DNA of 64,000 bases from positions 962,205-1,026,204 of the forward strand of contig NW_015173679.1 of assembly GCF_001447785.1 (NCBI RefSeq), in the 5' to 3' direction. The DNA comes from Gekko japonicus. Taxonomy: Eukaryota. Under the pieces are notes generated by a model. That model saw nothing but the letters and a program-made list of their open reading frames with translations, made no database searches and was not told the origin of the DNA. The translations under genes were made by a program, and so were the position numbers. Positions 50,901-63,342 of the stretch are shown here, one piece after another. How positions within the stretch are numbered: position 1 is the stretch's first letter; every line of letters starts with the position of its first letter.

Positions 50901-53139
50901 TCTTTAAAATCCAAGGCGACTAAAAATATAAAAATAGAAGTCCAGTGACACCTTAAAGACTAACCAAATTTTGGCATGAATTTCCAGGCAACAACCCAAG
51001 TTTAGCCACTATGGCACCAAGATAATTGCAAGCAAACTGAACAAATTGCTTAACCCTACAATGCAAACACATGTGTACAAAACTGAAAATGAAAATAAAA
51101 GTGTACAAATGATTTCTCATCTCTTTTGTCTATAGGTACTTTAAATGATGAACCTTTAAAAACTGTGCAACAGGCCTACCTTTAATTTGGTTATAACATC
51201 TCTTTTGGAAAGTTTTCGCAGCACCATTCGAAAGTCAGCATCTACAAGGCTATCTATTTCTTCAGCTCCTTGAACTGCAGGAACATATCCTAGATCGCCA
51301 GGAGACGTGCCAAAGCCAATAAACCCAGAAACAGTTCCTCGTTCTTTGGCCAGAAGTTCTGCTGCTCTACCACTGCTAGAGGGCTGTTTTTAAAAAGAAA
51401 GGGATTACATTTACAACACATTACTAAAGTTTACATTTACTGAAAACCTTCTTTAGTTTTATCTTTGTGTCCAAGACCTACAATTCTGCATCTTATGACC
51501 TGCTTGCCTGCCTTTGGGCATCTCTTTTTGCTTTAAGTAACAGGACCAGCTAGCTGTCCTGAATAGCTTACCGTAGGGGGCACTTACCAGAACATTTTAA
51601 ATGTGTCCTCTAGTTACACTGCTGCTTGTTCAAAGTTTTACCTGCCATTTATTTCTGCTCTCATATGTTTCCCTTGAATTGTACATTTGAGATAATTCCA
51701 GAGCAGCCAAGAATACATGCTGTTGTAGCACAAAAAAGGCTGCATTCAGATGTCAAGAACAAGCCACAATTTGTTCCTGATGTACATGAATCTCAAGTCT
51801 GATTCATTCTCAGGTCTGCACATTTCCTTCAGTCCCCCCCTCCCCCCGCCGCCACCCATGGATCCACAATTGAAAACCTCCTGATTCAAAATAATCAAAA
51901 TGGGGCATCCAAATTTGACGAGCATAACTAATTTGGATTAGTTTTTTTCCCCTAGTAACTGAGATTCTAACCCAAGGGAACCCAGAGAATAAAACTAGCA
52001 TTTGAGGCTTATTCACATCATAAAGAAATCATGGTTGGTTTGTGATAAATGAATGCAGAGAAAGAGTTGTGAGGCACCTTAAAAGGCCACAGGAAAAGTG
52101 CCAAGAGACTCTTCCGGTTTTTTTAATGTTTAGTACTGGTTCCGTCTTATAAAACTGTTGAACTCTGGTCCTCCACACATTTCTGCCATACACACACATA
52201 TACATGTACATATATACACACAGAACCACATACATACATAACCACTGCTGCCAACCACATTCAGCTACAGGTGGGATAGACACAATCATAAGAGAACTTG
52301 TGTGCTTTCAGATGTTTGTGCATAGGCTTCTGATGAATAAGTGGATGCTGGGGTGAGACAAGTGGATATGTCCTTAATTCTTTCTTTATATGCCCATTCC
52401 CTCCACAAATAAATGTCTGAAATCTGAACAGGGCTTTGTTACCCTCTTATACTCTCCCTCAGCTGACTTTCCAGATGTTATCTTTTTTTTGCTTATATCA
52501 CAGTCACAGCCAACTTATGGCGACTCCATACGGTTTTCAAGTCAAATGATTAAGCAGAGGCGGTCCATCATTGCCTTCTTCTGCAAAGTTTTCCTTGGTG
52601 ATCTCCCCTCCACGTACCAACCCTGTTTAGCTTCCGAAATCTATACTATACCATTCCACATATCTTCTTAACAATTACAACGCTTTTATTAACTCAGTCA
52701 GAGTTATATAGACTTTTGGTTAGGATCATATCAAGGTAAAAGTTAGAAACAGCAGAAAAGGCTTTCCTAGGCCCCGTTCGCTGCCTCTTTTTCTCTTCCT
52801 GTCACCTGCCAGTCCCCCTCCCCTCCTCGCACACCGTATTTAGGAGGAGTGCTGTGGGAATGGATGCCGACACGTGTTAGTAAAAGGTAACTGACAAGAC
52901 ACCACCGCGTTTCACACTTCTGCTGCCTCCGCCTCTTAGCGGAAGGGCTGCCACGGTTAGCCAGAGTTTCCTCGCAGCCTGGCCAAATGTTCCCCCCTCC
53001 CCTGCCCAAGGACTTGACAGCGAAAGGAGGCCTTCCAGCCCGGAGAGGAAGAGAAACACCAGCCAGCCCCGCCTCGCAGCCCTACTGACTGCCTCACCCG
53101 CACGTTGCCCTTCGTCCGCTGCTTATTCTTGCCCCCCAT
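12785..53139 (-). CDS. LTN1: LTN1 listerin E3 ubiquitin ligase (ribosome quality control); 28 coding exons found, two internal exons (human 12 and 16 equivalents) not found in this sequence
   Basis: N-terminus [25 protein letters not shown] in a strong Kozak context (gccgcggccATGG), a HEAT-repeat body, an RWD domain and the C-terminal [13 protein letters not shown]...[33 protein letters not shown]. The exons found sum to 4894 nt, not a multiple of 3. Confidence 0.96.
13113..13280 (-). CDS. LTN1: LTN1 exon 29 (RING N-half)
   Basis: [33 protein letters not shown]...[13 protein letters not shown]. Confidence 0.96.
13757..13951 (-). CDS. LTN1: LTN1 exon 28 (RWD domain)
   Basis: [14 protein letters not shown]...LPQNYPLG...[16 protein letters not shown]. 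Confidence 0.96.
15332..15552 (-). CDS. LTN1: LTN1 exon 27
   Basis: [26 protein letters not shown]...[17 protein letters not shown]. Confidence 0.95.
16658..16829 (-). CDS. LTN1: LTN1 exon 26
   Basis: [30 protein letters not shown]. Confidence 0.95.
17762..17948 (-). CDS. LTN1: LTN1 exon 25
   Basis: [21 protein letters not shown]...[20 protein letters not shown]. Confidence 0.95.
18566..18640 (-). CDS. LTN1: LTN1 exon 24
   Basis: [24 protein letters not shown]. Confidence 0.93.
19443..19677 (-). CDS. LTN1: LTN1 exon 23
   Basis: [12 protein letters not shown]...[16 protein letters not shown]...[17 protein letters not shown]. Confidence 0.95.
20030..20765 (+). mobile_element. CR1 LINE 3' end (interrupted by a SINE)
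   Basis: Encodes a CR1 ORF2 C-terminus (TRTQ..PMK..G.RFR...WNLLPEDEV...GFKRRL) and has a (TTCTTATG)n tail. Confidence 0.75.
20293..20547 (-). mobile_element. Squam3-like SINE inserted into a CR1 fragment
   Basis: Reverse-complement match to 8757-9039. Confidence 0.8.
20917..20944. repeat. (TG)n microsatellite
   Basis: Directly visible. Confidence 0.9.
21139..21416 (+). mobile_element. Squam3-like SINE
   Basis: Match to 8757-9039 with (TCT)n tail. Confidence 0.8.
21721..21934 (-). CDS. LTN1: LTN1 exon 22
   Basis: [24 protein letters not shown]...[20 protein letters not shown]. Confidence 0.95.
22696..23117. mobile_element. hAT-type MITE with a second copy of the same family nested at 22835-23035
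   Basis: Two pairs of TIRs tagggttgcca / tggcaacccta with degenerate 8-bp TSDs. Confidence 0.7.
23175..23190. other. Assembly gap (16 N)
   Basis: Run of N in LTN1 intron 21. Confidence 1.
23820..25829 (+). mobile_element. Probable decayed L1-derived / non-autonomous retroposon
   Basis: CpG-rich 5' tandem unit, A-rich body with a short coiled-coil-like ORF (24737-25075), and an A-tail at ~25820. Confidence 0.4.
28098..28239 (-). CDS. LTN1: LTN1 exon 21
   Basis: [22 protein letters not shown]...[15 protein letters not shown]. Confidence 0.95.
28581..28716 (-). CDS. LTN1: LTN1 exon 20
   Basis: [12 protein letters not shown]...[20 protein letters not shown]. Confidence 0.94.
28978..29120 (-). 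CDS. LTN1: LTN1 exon 19
   Basis: [31 protein letters not shown]. Confidence 0.94.
30266..30370 (-). CDS. LTN1: LTN1 exon 18
   Basis: [34 protein letters not shown]. Confidence 0.92.
30559..30718 (-). CDS. LTN1: LTN1 exon 17
   Basis: [17 protein letters not shown]...LLQILFK; starts in phase 1. Confidence 0.92.
32140..32455. repeat. Perfect 158-bp tandem duplication
   Basis: 32140-32297 is identical to 32298-32455. Confidence 0.92.
33419..33569 (-). CDS. LTN1: LTN1 exon 15
   Basis: [17 protein letters not shown]...[12 protein letters not shown]; ends in phase 0. Confidence 0.93.
33668..33821 (-). CDS. LTN1: LTN1 exon 14
   Basis: [20 protein letters not shown]...[18 protein letters not shown]. 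Confidence 0.94.
34041..34247. repeat. 104-bp tandem duplication
   Basis: agcaggatgatgactaaccagg... at 34041 and 34145, with a few substitutions. Confidence 0.9.
34278..34517 (-). CDS. LTN1: LTN1 exon 13
   Basis: [15 protein letters not shown]...[36 protein letters not shown]; starts in phase 1. Confidence 0.93.
34467..35056. repeat. 295-bp tandem duplication spanning the LTN1 exon 13 acceptor
   Basis: 34467-34761 vs 34762-35056; 5 substitutions seen. Confidence 0.92.
35250..37778. repeat. Dispersed direct duplication 35250-35834 / 37101-37778
   Basis: Near-identical blocks that differ mainly by indels. Confidence 0.9.
38327..38368 (-). CDS. LTN1: LTN1 exon 11
   Basis: [14 protein letters not shown], 42 nt, ttttag| ... 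|gtattg; ends in phase 0. Confidence 0.9.
39094..39861 (-). CDS. LTN1: LTN1 exon 10 (large exon)
   Basis: [20 protein letters not shown]...[14 protein letters not shown]...[13 protein letters not shown]...ILNDLTK; 768 nt, phase 0-0. Confidence 0.94.
41049..41196 (-). CDS. LTN1: LTN1 exon 9
   Basis: [26 protein letters not shown]...MLISDQ. Confidence 0.94.
41350..41577 (-). mobile_element. 5'-truncated Sauria SINE with 13-bp TSD
   Basis: Near-identical to the 3' part of 62990-63342; TSD agttaacagtata at 41337-41349 and 41578-41590. Confidence 0.87.
41811..42001 (-). CDS. LTN1: LTN1 exon 8
   Basis: [41 protein letters not shown]. Confidence 0.95.
42170..42375 (+). mobile_element. CR1 LINE 3' fragment
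   Basis: [12 protein letters not shown] and a ttcttatgttctt tail. Confidence 0.7.
43079..44320 (-). mobile_element. Nested cluster: CR1 3' end interrupted by an L2 3' fragment (43213-44213), itself interrupted by a Penelope fragment
   Basis: The CR1 sequence breaks at ccttcccctgat (~43212) and resumes at atgttgcctcctgg (~44222); an L2-like tail (tattat)n is at 43213. Confidence 0.65.
43346..43855 (+). mobile_element. Penelope-like element 3' fragment (GIY-YIG C-terminus + pLTR with hammerhead motif)
   Basis: Encodes [11 protein letters not shown]...[15 protein letters not shown]../[21 protein letters not shown]; TSD caactaactca at 43335-43345 and 43856-43866. Confidence 0.8.
44709..44882 (-). 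CDS. LTN1: LTN1 exon 7
   Basis: [14 protein letters not shown]...[24 protein letters not shown]. Confidence 0.95.
45470..45690 (-). mobile_element. L2 LINE reverse-transcriptase fragment
   Basis: [19 protein letters not shown]...[21 protein letters not shown]. Confidence 0.8.
46876..47056 (-). CDS. LTN1: LTN1 exon 6
   Basis: [26 protein letters not shown]...[12 protein letters not shown]. Confidence 0.95.
47767..47819 (-). CDS. LTN1: LTN1 exon 5
   Basis: [17 protein letters not shown]. Confidence 0.93.
48473..48703 (-). CDS. LTN1: LTN1 exon 4
   Basis: [17 protein letters not shown]...[13 protein letters not shown]. Confidence 0.95.
49094..49416. mobile_element. hAT (Charlie-like) non-autonomous DNA transposon
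   Basis: TIR cagg(t/c)atgtccaac; perfect 8-bp TSD gtctagat at 49086-49093 and 49417-49424. Confidence 0.85.
49882..49980 (-). CDS. LTN1: LTN1 exon 3
   Basis: [33 protein letters not shown]. Confidence 0.95.
50596..50866 (-). mobile_element. Squam3-like SINE
   Basis: Reverse-complement match to 8757-9039. Confidence 0.8.
51180..51383 (-). CDS. LTN1: LTN1 exon 2
   Basis: [25 protein letters not shown]...[17 protein letters not shown]. Confidence 0.95.
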
Positions 53140-53360
53140 GGCCGCGGCAGCGTTGTAACCAAACGAGGAGCCCAGCCGGCCAGAGGAAGAGAGACGGGGT
53201 TTCCGGGTCAGATGGACGAAGCGAAAGGAATTATGGAGAAGCCGCAGAAGTCTCCTCCCCTCCTCGCCGCTGGCGGAGCCACTGAGACGCGTTTTCTGAC
53301 GGCGGTGAGCTGACAGGCTCTAAACAGCCGGTTTGGACGCTCTTTCCGGTTGCAGTGGCT
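52770..53360 (-). promoter_or_regulatory. CpG-island promoter of LTN1
   Basis: High CpG density around exon 1, with ETS-like CCGGAA motifs on the minus strand near 53200 and 53345. Confidence 0.75.
53098..53139 (-). CDS. LTN1: LTN1 exon 1
   Basis: [14 protein letters not shown]|gtgagg. Confidence 0.95.
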
Positions 53361-53594
53361 TTTTTTAGACCCTTGAAAAACGTAGATCCCATGTCCAACA
53401 AAAAAGAGTTACGGAGTTTTATCCAAATATGCCCCTTTATCGTCTTTCCAAGGAGCTCAAGGTTGCTTTCAATGAACTCATTTATTTACTCTCATTATTA
53501 GAGTCTTCCTTTCTCACCGAGAATCAAGGAGGATTACAAAATAATATAACAATGGTTTAACACCCCTACATTGGCACTTTTATTTCCTGGAAAA

Positions 53595-53843
53595 GATGAA
53601 GAGGAGATTGGATTTATACACCGCCCTTCACTCGGAGTCGCAGAGCGGCTTACAAACTCCTTTCCCTTCCCCTCCCCACAACAGACACCCTGTGAGGTAG
53701 ATGGGGCTCAGAGAGCTGTTTCAAGAGCTGCTCTTTCAAGAACAGCTCTGACAGAATTATGGCTTGCCCAAAGTCATCCAGCAGCTGCAAGTGGAGGTGT
53801 GGGGAATCAAACTGGTTCTCCCAGATTAGAGTCTGTGCACTAA
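53595..53843 (-). mobile_element. Squam3-like SINE upstream of the LTN1 promoter
   Basis: Reverse-complement match to 8757-9039. Confidence 0.8.
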
Positions 53844-54702
53844 ATAAATCATCTGAAGTTGGAGGTAGTTTACACAATAATTTGTTCACCAAATCTCACT
53901 TTTTAAAACAGCAACTCATCGGTGCGGGTGCTTCTTTGGTTCTCCTGTTCCAACCAATAGGCACAGAGGTTTTACATATAGGATCGATAGTCTTAATAGA
54001 TCAGTTATATTTTGATACCTCTGTAACTGAACAGATTTCCCAGTTTAGGACAGGTGAATTCAAACTACTGTGATAAGAAGGCTTGAGCGAGATCATTAAT
54101 AGCAGCAACAGCTTGTCCACCATTATCAACCTTCCCCTGACATCTGCAAGAGAGAAGAGAACAGAGTTGGCAACCCCTAGCATGCATGCTGAACAACTGC
54201 ATGCCAGTTGATTTTACTGGGCCTGCAGGGCCAGCTCTGTGCCCAGGGAACTGAGGTAGGACTCCTGAGGCATGCCATTTTTCCAGGATTATTATTTTTT
54301 TTACATTTATGCCAAATAGAGTTCTAGGGTTGCCTAGACTCCTAGTATAGGATGTATTTTACTCTCAGTTCATGCATACCCAAAATTTATTGTTATTTTA
54401 CTTATAGCCCACCTTCCTCAGTGAAACTCAAGGTAGATTACACAATGTAAATCAATATAATTTAAAGCCAAATTAGACATGATATGTTAAACAATACAGA
54501 AAATCAGGGCTATTTTTGGGCAGGTATGCACAGGCAGGAATGCACAGGAATGGAGTTCCGGCTGGCGTCAGAGTTGGCCACGCCCACTGCAGCCAAAACC
54601 TCTGGGTGCATGGCTACAGAGGGAAGGCCTGGAGAGCAACCCCCCCCGCGCGACTCCAAGGTTAAATGCCTGTTATTTTACTTAACCAGCAGGAGTCACC
54701 AT

Positions 54703-54908
54703 CAGTGTTCTCTCTAAGCTGAGTTAGTGTGAGCTAGCTCACAGTTTTTTAGCCTCCGGCTCACACATTTTTGCCTTGGCTAAGGAAGGATGGCTCCAGA
54801 GCAAACTAATTTATGCAGTAGCCAAATTGCTCACTCACAACTTTAATGCCAGTAGCTCACAGAGTAGAATTTTTGCTCACAAGACTCCACAGCTTAGAGG
54901 GAACATTG
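54703..54908. mobile_element. MITE (hAT-like)
   Basis: TIRs cagtgttctctctaagctg / cagcttagagggaacattg; no clear TSD. Confidence 0.55.
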
Positions 54909-55431
54909 CTCTTCTTGACCACCTGACAGTGAGCTTTCCCCCCAAAAATAAAGATGTCTGTTATCTAAGGATCTATTTGCCTGACGAGGAGTCTCTAGGC
55001 ATTTTACAACACAGTTATTATTGCAGAGGGCTCTCAGATAAGACAGAGACCTGATAAATACAAAATACAGGTAGGTGTGCAGCCTCAGCTGTCTTGAGGT
55101 TTGTTAGCAGAACATCCAAAAACCATGGGGAGGAGGCTACATCCTAGGCTTTTCTTGAGGGTCCAACTGCATCTGCTATATGATTGCCACAGGGACCTAC
55201 AACAGGATGCCAGCTGAGCAGCCCCGTGGGAACTCAACCCAGAAGCACCACAGGGGCTTGGCCTGCATCAGGACCATGGCATCTGAGGGACACCTGCCTG
55301 CTTCCCCATGCCACAGTCCCCATCAGAATTAGCCCCCTGCAATGCCCCTGAACTGAGCCCTCATGGGGAACTTGCAGCTGATGTCCTTCCATGAGTCCCC
55401 ATGGAGATCATGTAGTAGTTCTAATGTATAG

Positions 55432-56145
55432 TTAGAGTCCAGTGGGGCACCTTTAAGACCAACAAAGTTTTATTCAAGGTGTGAGCTTTCGTGTGCATGC
55501 ACACTTCATCAGATGAAATGGAATTACATATCATAGTTGTATATATAGGAGTGGTTTGTTAAACTAGTGTGCAAAATAGTGAGGACATATAACACTGTAC
55601 CCCAGGGAAAGGATTCTGTCAGTTAACTCCATGTTTTATTGAAGCAAAATGTTATTACTACTCTTAGCAATTAAGAATATAATTGAATATGTAATGTAGT
55701 TTGGAATGACAGATTTAAATGCAGTTCTTTATTTGAGGGACAAGGAAAACACTCTACACAGCCAAGATGCTGTTAAATTCACCTCCATGCTTGAAAGGAG
55801 ATGGATGGGGTCTAAAGATGGGATTCTCACAAATCAGGGCACATCAATCTCCAGCTCTAACATATTTATTACCTATGTTGCTTCCCCCCACCCCAGTTGA
55901 CCCAAAACAGATGATAAGCAGGAACTAAGCTTGTCATTCTTTTGATCTGTTAAAAAATGTGCCCTATTTTGCATTCTAATTTAACAAACCACTATATATA
56001 CAACTATGATATGTAATTCCATTTCGTCTTATGAAGTGTGCATATACTCAAACGCTCACACCTTGAATAAAACTATGATGGTTTTAAAGGTACCATTGGA
56101 CTCTAAGTTTGTTTTATTGCTTCAGACCAACACGGCTACCCACTT
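55432..56145. mobile_element. Penelope-like non-autonomous element with inverted ~135-bp termini
   Basis: 55432-55565 is a diverged inverted copy of ~55979-56108; it carries the PLE terminal motif (gcacctttaagaccaac...) and hammerhead-like cores. Confidence 0.65.
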
Positions 56146-56528
56146 TGAACTAATGTATGCTTGTCAGTGTGTTGTATAAAGAATTGACTTCCAGAATGTG
56201 CCTCAGACCTTCCCAGAGTGCACTGGGTTTCTTCAGCAGACAGATTAATTTAATTCCCTGAAGACATTTTCTATAGTTGGAATCGTTTTACAAGATTAGT
56301 ATTAGTCACATTTTTGTATGGGTTCCATATGCCAGAATCTGAAAAGTGGTGTTAATACATGTATACAGCAATTTCTGACTATTCCCAAATCATATGGTAA
56401 GTCAGTTGTTCTTAAGCCTGGACTCGAGAAGCACATAGCATTTTAGGTATGAGCTGTCATCCTAAATCCATTTAATTTAGTGAGGGTGGCTTGCATAGGA
56501 TCAGATCAGGGTTACTGGGAATTATCTA

Positions 56529-56650
56529 GTATCTGAAGAAGTAATAATGCACACGAAAGCTTATACCTTGAATAAAACTTTGTTGGTCTTAAAGGTGCCA
56601 CTGGAGTCAAACTTTGTTCTGCTGCTTCAGACCAACGTGGCTACCCACTG
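56529..56650 (+). mobile_element. Penelope-like terminal fragment with hammerhead-like motif
   Basis: gtat-CTGAAGA...GAAAgctt-atac followed by the same terminal sequence as 56060-56145. Confidence 0.65.
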
Positions 56651-57123
56651 GGAATTAATGTGTTGAACAAGTCAGTTGGATTATATTATAAGCAAACAGT
56701 TGGAGTATAGAAGTGGTATTCTTAAAAATTACATCTAGAGAATGCAAATCATATAAACTGAATATACTAAATGTGGGTAATTTCTTTTATCAAAAATTAC
56801 AATATCAACTGCAAATCTTCAAACCTGAGACAGATTAAATTAACACAGTAATAGGCTAGTGTGGTGCAACAGGTAAGGAGAAAGAAGAGAATGAGACTGG
56901 GTATCATAAACCAAATGTAACATGTTACTCCTCATAACTGGAAATTACTTGCAGACTGGTTGCTGAGATTTCCCTGAAATCACTGTCCTTGCTTCCAATT
57001 AAAATGTTAGGTAATAAAGTTCTTAGTAATGTTTTGTTGGAAAAAATTCAGATCAAAAGGAAAAAACAAGGAAGTCTGATCAACTCTCATTTAATGTTCC
57101 ATGGATTTCCCTCAGTTGCTTGC

Positions 57124-59293
<2,170 letters not shown>

Positions 59294-59541
59294 TTTTGTT
59301 TATGTGATTCCTGAACAAGGAAGAGGAGAAATAATTTTAGTACTTGCAACTGCTAATCCTATATACAGCTATATCTGAAGGAAGAGATTTAAATCATCAA
59401 TGATTCCAAAATACTGATAATCATAATTATTGTAGTATATTGTACCTCGGGCTACCTTGGAAAACTTTTCAGACATTTAGTCCAGAAAATAGCAACAAGG
59501 TTATTAATGAGGACATATTGTAAAATATATTTGTTCTAAGA

Positions 59542-59973
59542 TAGGGGTGTCGAACTCATTTGTTATGAGAGCTGGATCTGACATAAATGAGACCTTGTTG
59601 GGCCGGGCCATGTGTGTCATAAAATGTAATGCCAGGTAGCAAAGATATAAACTTTATAAAGGACCCAAACACAAAGGTTTTTTTTAACTTAAAATAAAAC
59701 ATCCTTAAAACATTAGCACTTTTACAATATTTTGTTTATTTAACAGTGTCTGATAACTGACACCTCTTGCTCTGATTTATTACATCGAAATGCCTGTGTT
59801 GTTGCAATCTTGAGTATGCTGTTCAGGTGTGTATCTGTAAGCTGCAAACCTACAATGATGCAGCAGCAGCAGAACTGGAAGAAGAAGCAGAAGACAGCCA
59901 GTTCCACTGGGGGCCTGATAGAAGCTCTCCAGAGGCCTGATCCAGCCCCCGGGCCGCATGTTTGACACCCCAG
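59542..59973. mobile_element. hAT (Charlie-like) non-autonomous DNA transposon
   Basis: TIR ggggtgtc(g/a)aac; 8-bp TSD ttctaaga on both sides. Confidence 0.82.
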
Positions 59974-60546
59974 TTCTAAGAGCCATACATCGGAAACTGA
60001 TTTGTTTCCAAGTGCAATTCGAAGTGCTGATTTTGACTTTTAAAACCCTGAGCAGTCTGGGATATCTGGAATACCACCTTCTTCTTTATCTGAATCAGAA
60101 GTGCTTCTGTTGTTCCCACATCCATAAGACATGAAGCACATGAAGATTATTGAGAAAGCTTTTTTAGTTGCAGTGTACACCTATAGAATGTCCTCTCCAA
60201 AGAGGATTGCTTGGAAAGTTTACTAATGGTTTAAGATGTCAAACAATTATCCTTTTGTTCTTTTCTGGGGTTTTTTGGTTGATTTTAAAATATTGTTTAA
60301 TTCTTCTAGTTATTTGATATTGAATTTATATTCACTGCTGTTTTACTTTGATTATTATTATTTATTTATTTTACATTCTGATGGTTAACTGTTTTGGACA
60401 GTTTTAATATGAAAACTCACAGAATTCCCACAAAAGGGTATCTGCATTCCAATCCCATGCATATTTATTCAGTAATAAAACTCTTTGTGTCCAGTAGGGT
60501 ACCCTTGCACAGCTTTGTAGCATTAATTATATATCAAGTCTTTCCT

Positions 60547-61048
60547 CTTGACAGCATAATAAAAAGTAGAGACATCACCCTGCCAACAAAAGTCTGTATG
60601 GTCAAAGCAGTGGTATTCCCAGTAGTACTGCATAACTGCGAGAGTTGGACTTTAAGGAAGGCTGAGCGCCAAATAATTGATTCTTTTGACTTATGGTGCT
60701 GGAGAAGACTCTTGAGAGTCCCCTGGACTGCAAGATCAAATCAGTCAATCCTAAAAGAAATCAACCCTGACTGTTCTCTGGAAGGCCAGATACTGAAGCT
60801 GAAGCTCAAATACTTTGGCCACCAAATGAGAAGGGAGAACTCATTGGAGAAGACCCTGATGCTGGGAAAGATTGAAGGTCAAAGAAGAAGGGGACAGCAA
60901 AGGATGAAACGGTTAGACAGTGTTATCGAGGCAACAAACATGAAATTAAGCAAATTCCAGAGCACGACAGAAGACAGGAGGGCCTGGCGTGATGTGATCC
61001 ATGGGGTCGCGAAGAGTTGGACTCGACTGTGCGACTGAACAATGACTA
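60547..61048 (+). mobile_element. 5'-truncated RTE-BovB LINE
   Basis: Same BovB 3' protein segment as the copy at 228-1044; degenerate TSD caagtctttcct / caagccttccct. Confidence 0.92.
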
Positions 61049-61299
61049 CAAGCCTTCCCTATTTCAAAAGCTCTGAGAAAAAACATCACAGTAACATCAA
61101 ATATGTATCTTTGGCACCAAATGAAATAACTACAAACAAAAACTTATAAGCAAATAGCACAAATAAAATTATCTTGTAAACTTGGGAATAAACATAGTGC
61201 AAAAAGAACCTAAAATACAACCACCACCATCCCGCCATCACTTAGGTCTTCTCTATATGGAGAGTTCATCATGTCGGTAACTACTATCCAGTCTCAAAT

Positions 61300-62310
61300 G
61301 TTCCATTCCCAAGCAAGGTGACTGAATGGGTGACTGCACAACTTCAAGTTTTCCTGGATGAGGCAAACCATTTAGATCCTTTCCAATCTTGGTTTAGGCC
61401 TGGTTGTGGACTGAGACAGCATTGGATGCCCTGGAGGAGAACGTGCTCCGGGAGATGGACAGAGGGAGTGCAGCTCTGTTGATTTTCCTGACCCGATACC
61501 ATCAATCAGGATATCCTTCTGGACTCAACTCTATCTCATGCTTCCAGCTGATCCCATGGAGGCTGAAGCAATGCTGGAAGCAGTTTTGGAGTGGATGCGG
61601 GCTAATAAACTCAAACTTAATAAAAGCAGGATAGAAGTGCTACTGGCAAGCAGAAGGTTTGACCAGGGTTATAAAGTTATACTGTTCTGGGGCACTCCAC
61701 TTGAAGGAAATATGTTCATAGTCTGTGGATGCTAGGACTCCTGTGGACCTAGGACTCCTGCTGGATAAGCAGGTGGCAGCTCTGGCCAGGAATACCTCTT
61801 ATCCGCTTCATCTAGTTAAGCCAGCTGCAGCCTTTCCTGGCTATTGTGGTGTATAACCTGGTTACATCTAGATTAGATTACTGTGCTGTGTTCTACATAC
61901 AGCTGCTCTTGAGAAGTGTTGTTGCTCAGGGGTGGTCTTTTTGTTCCTTGTTGCTGTGGTTCTGCGAGCTGTTGGGGCTGGAATCTGGCTTGTCTTTCTT
62001 GTGGGGCTGTTGTGGTTACCTTTGGAGCCCTGCTTCAGGTGCCCCCACCTTCTGCAATTAGGCAGGTGGCAATCAAGGAGAGGGCCCTCCTAGTCATGGC
62101 ACCAAAAAATCTTGAACTCTCTCCCCAGGGAGATTAATCTGTCCTCTTCCATTGCCATCTGTTGCTAGTGGGTGAAGATTTTTTGTTTTGTTTGGCACTC
62201 CCCAGTGATTCCTCCTTCCTGCCCAATGTTTTAACTGTTTTTTATGTCTATGGATATATTGTAGTTCTGGCTTTAATCATTTTAATGATTGGTTGTCTTC
62301 TTTTGGGTTA
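61300..62310 (+). mobile_element. Decayed L2 LINE fragment
   Basis: LDPFQS.FRPG, TETAL, MDRGSAALLIFL, WMRANKLKLN, LVTSRLDYC in shifting frames. Confidence 0.75.
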
Positions 62311-62652
62311 ACATAAGAACATAAGAGAAGCCAATGTTGGATCAGGCCAATGGCCTATCCAGTCCAACACTCTGTCACACAGTGGCCAAAAATACCACGT
62401 GCCATCAGGAGGTCCAGCAGTGGGGCCAGGACACTAGAAGCTCTCCCAATGTTGCCACCCGCCCCCCAAGCACCAAGAATACAGTGCATTACTTGGCCCA
62501 GACTGAGAGTTCCTATTTATACCTTGTGGCTAATAGCCACTGATGGACCTCTGCTCCATATGTTTATCCAATTCCCTCTTGAAGCTGTCCATGCTTGTAG
62601 CCGCCACCACCTCCTGTGGCAGTGAATTCCATGTGTTAATCACTCTTTGGGT
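62311..62652 (-). mobile_element. CR1 LINE 3' end
   Basis: (CATAAGAA)n tail; the minus strand encodes RVINTWNSLPQEVVAATSMDSFKRELDKHM. Confidence 0.8.
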
Positions 62653-62989
62653 TGGCTTTAATGTCTTCAAAACATAATTTTATTATATGATTTAATTTGT
62701 TAGCTGCCTTGGTAGCTTGGTATGTATTTTGTAAATTAAATAAATTTTAAACCCAATAGTGTACCAATAGCACACATGCACAAGATCAGCAAACTAGTCA
62801 TTAAGAATTCCAGCAAAGTGGGAGTCCATGTAAATCTCCACAGAGAGAAAATCAACTATGTAAATAATTTTTCAGGAGCCAATAACAACGTTTGGACAAT
62901 CTTGCTCCATTAAGTGCACCCAAGCCAATTTTGAAAAACAGATTAGATATGCTTAACTACTGCACCCTCTAAGGGGAAGAACAATGCAA

Positions 62990-63342
62990 GGTAAAGGTAA
63001 AGGTTCCCTTGCTCGAAAGCCAGTCGAATCCAACTCTGGGGTTGCGGTGCTCATCTCCGTTTCAAAGCCGAAGAGCCAGCACTGTCCGAAGACGTTTCCG
63101 TGGTCATGTGGCCGGCATGACTAAACACCAAGGCGCACGGAACGCTGTTACCTTCCCACCGAAGTGGTCCCTATTTATCTACTTGCAATTTCTTGCTTTC
63201 GAACTGCTAGGTTGGCAGGAGCTGGAACTAGAGACGGGAGCTCACTCCGTCATGCGGCACACTCGGGTCTCGAACTGCTGAACTACCGACCTTCCACAGC
63301 CTGCAGTTCAGCGTCTTAACCACTTGAGCCACCGCAACTCCT
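62990..63342 (-). mobile_element. Full-length Sauria SINE (BovB-mobilised) with 12-bp TSD
   Basis: tRNA-like head (ggagttgcggtggctcaagtggttaag...gttcgagacc), (ACCTTT)n tail, TSD agaacaatgcaa at 62978-62989 and 63343-63354. Confidence 0.88.

Noticed and set aside
12785-53139. LTN1 as a decayed pseudogene
   Set aside because: All 28 exons found are stop-free with canonical splice sites, an intact RING and a CpG promoter, which indicates purifying selection.
59294-59310. Human-like N-terminal extension of RWDD2B
   Set aside because: An in-frame TAA lies two codons upstream of the ATG at 59293.
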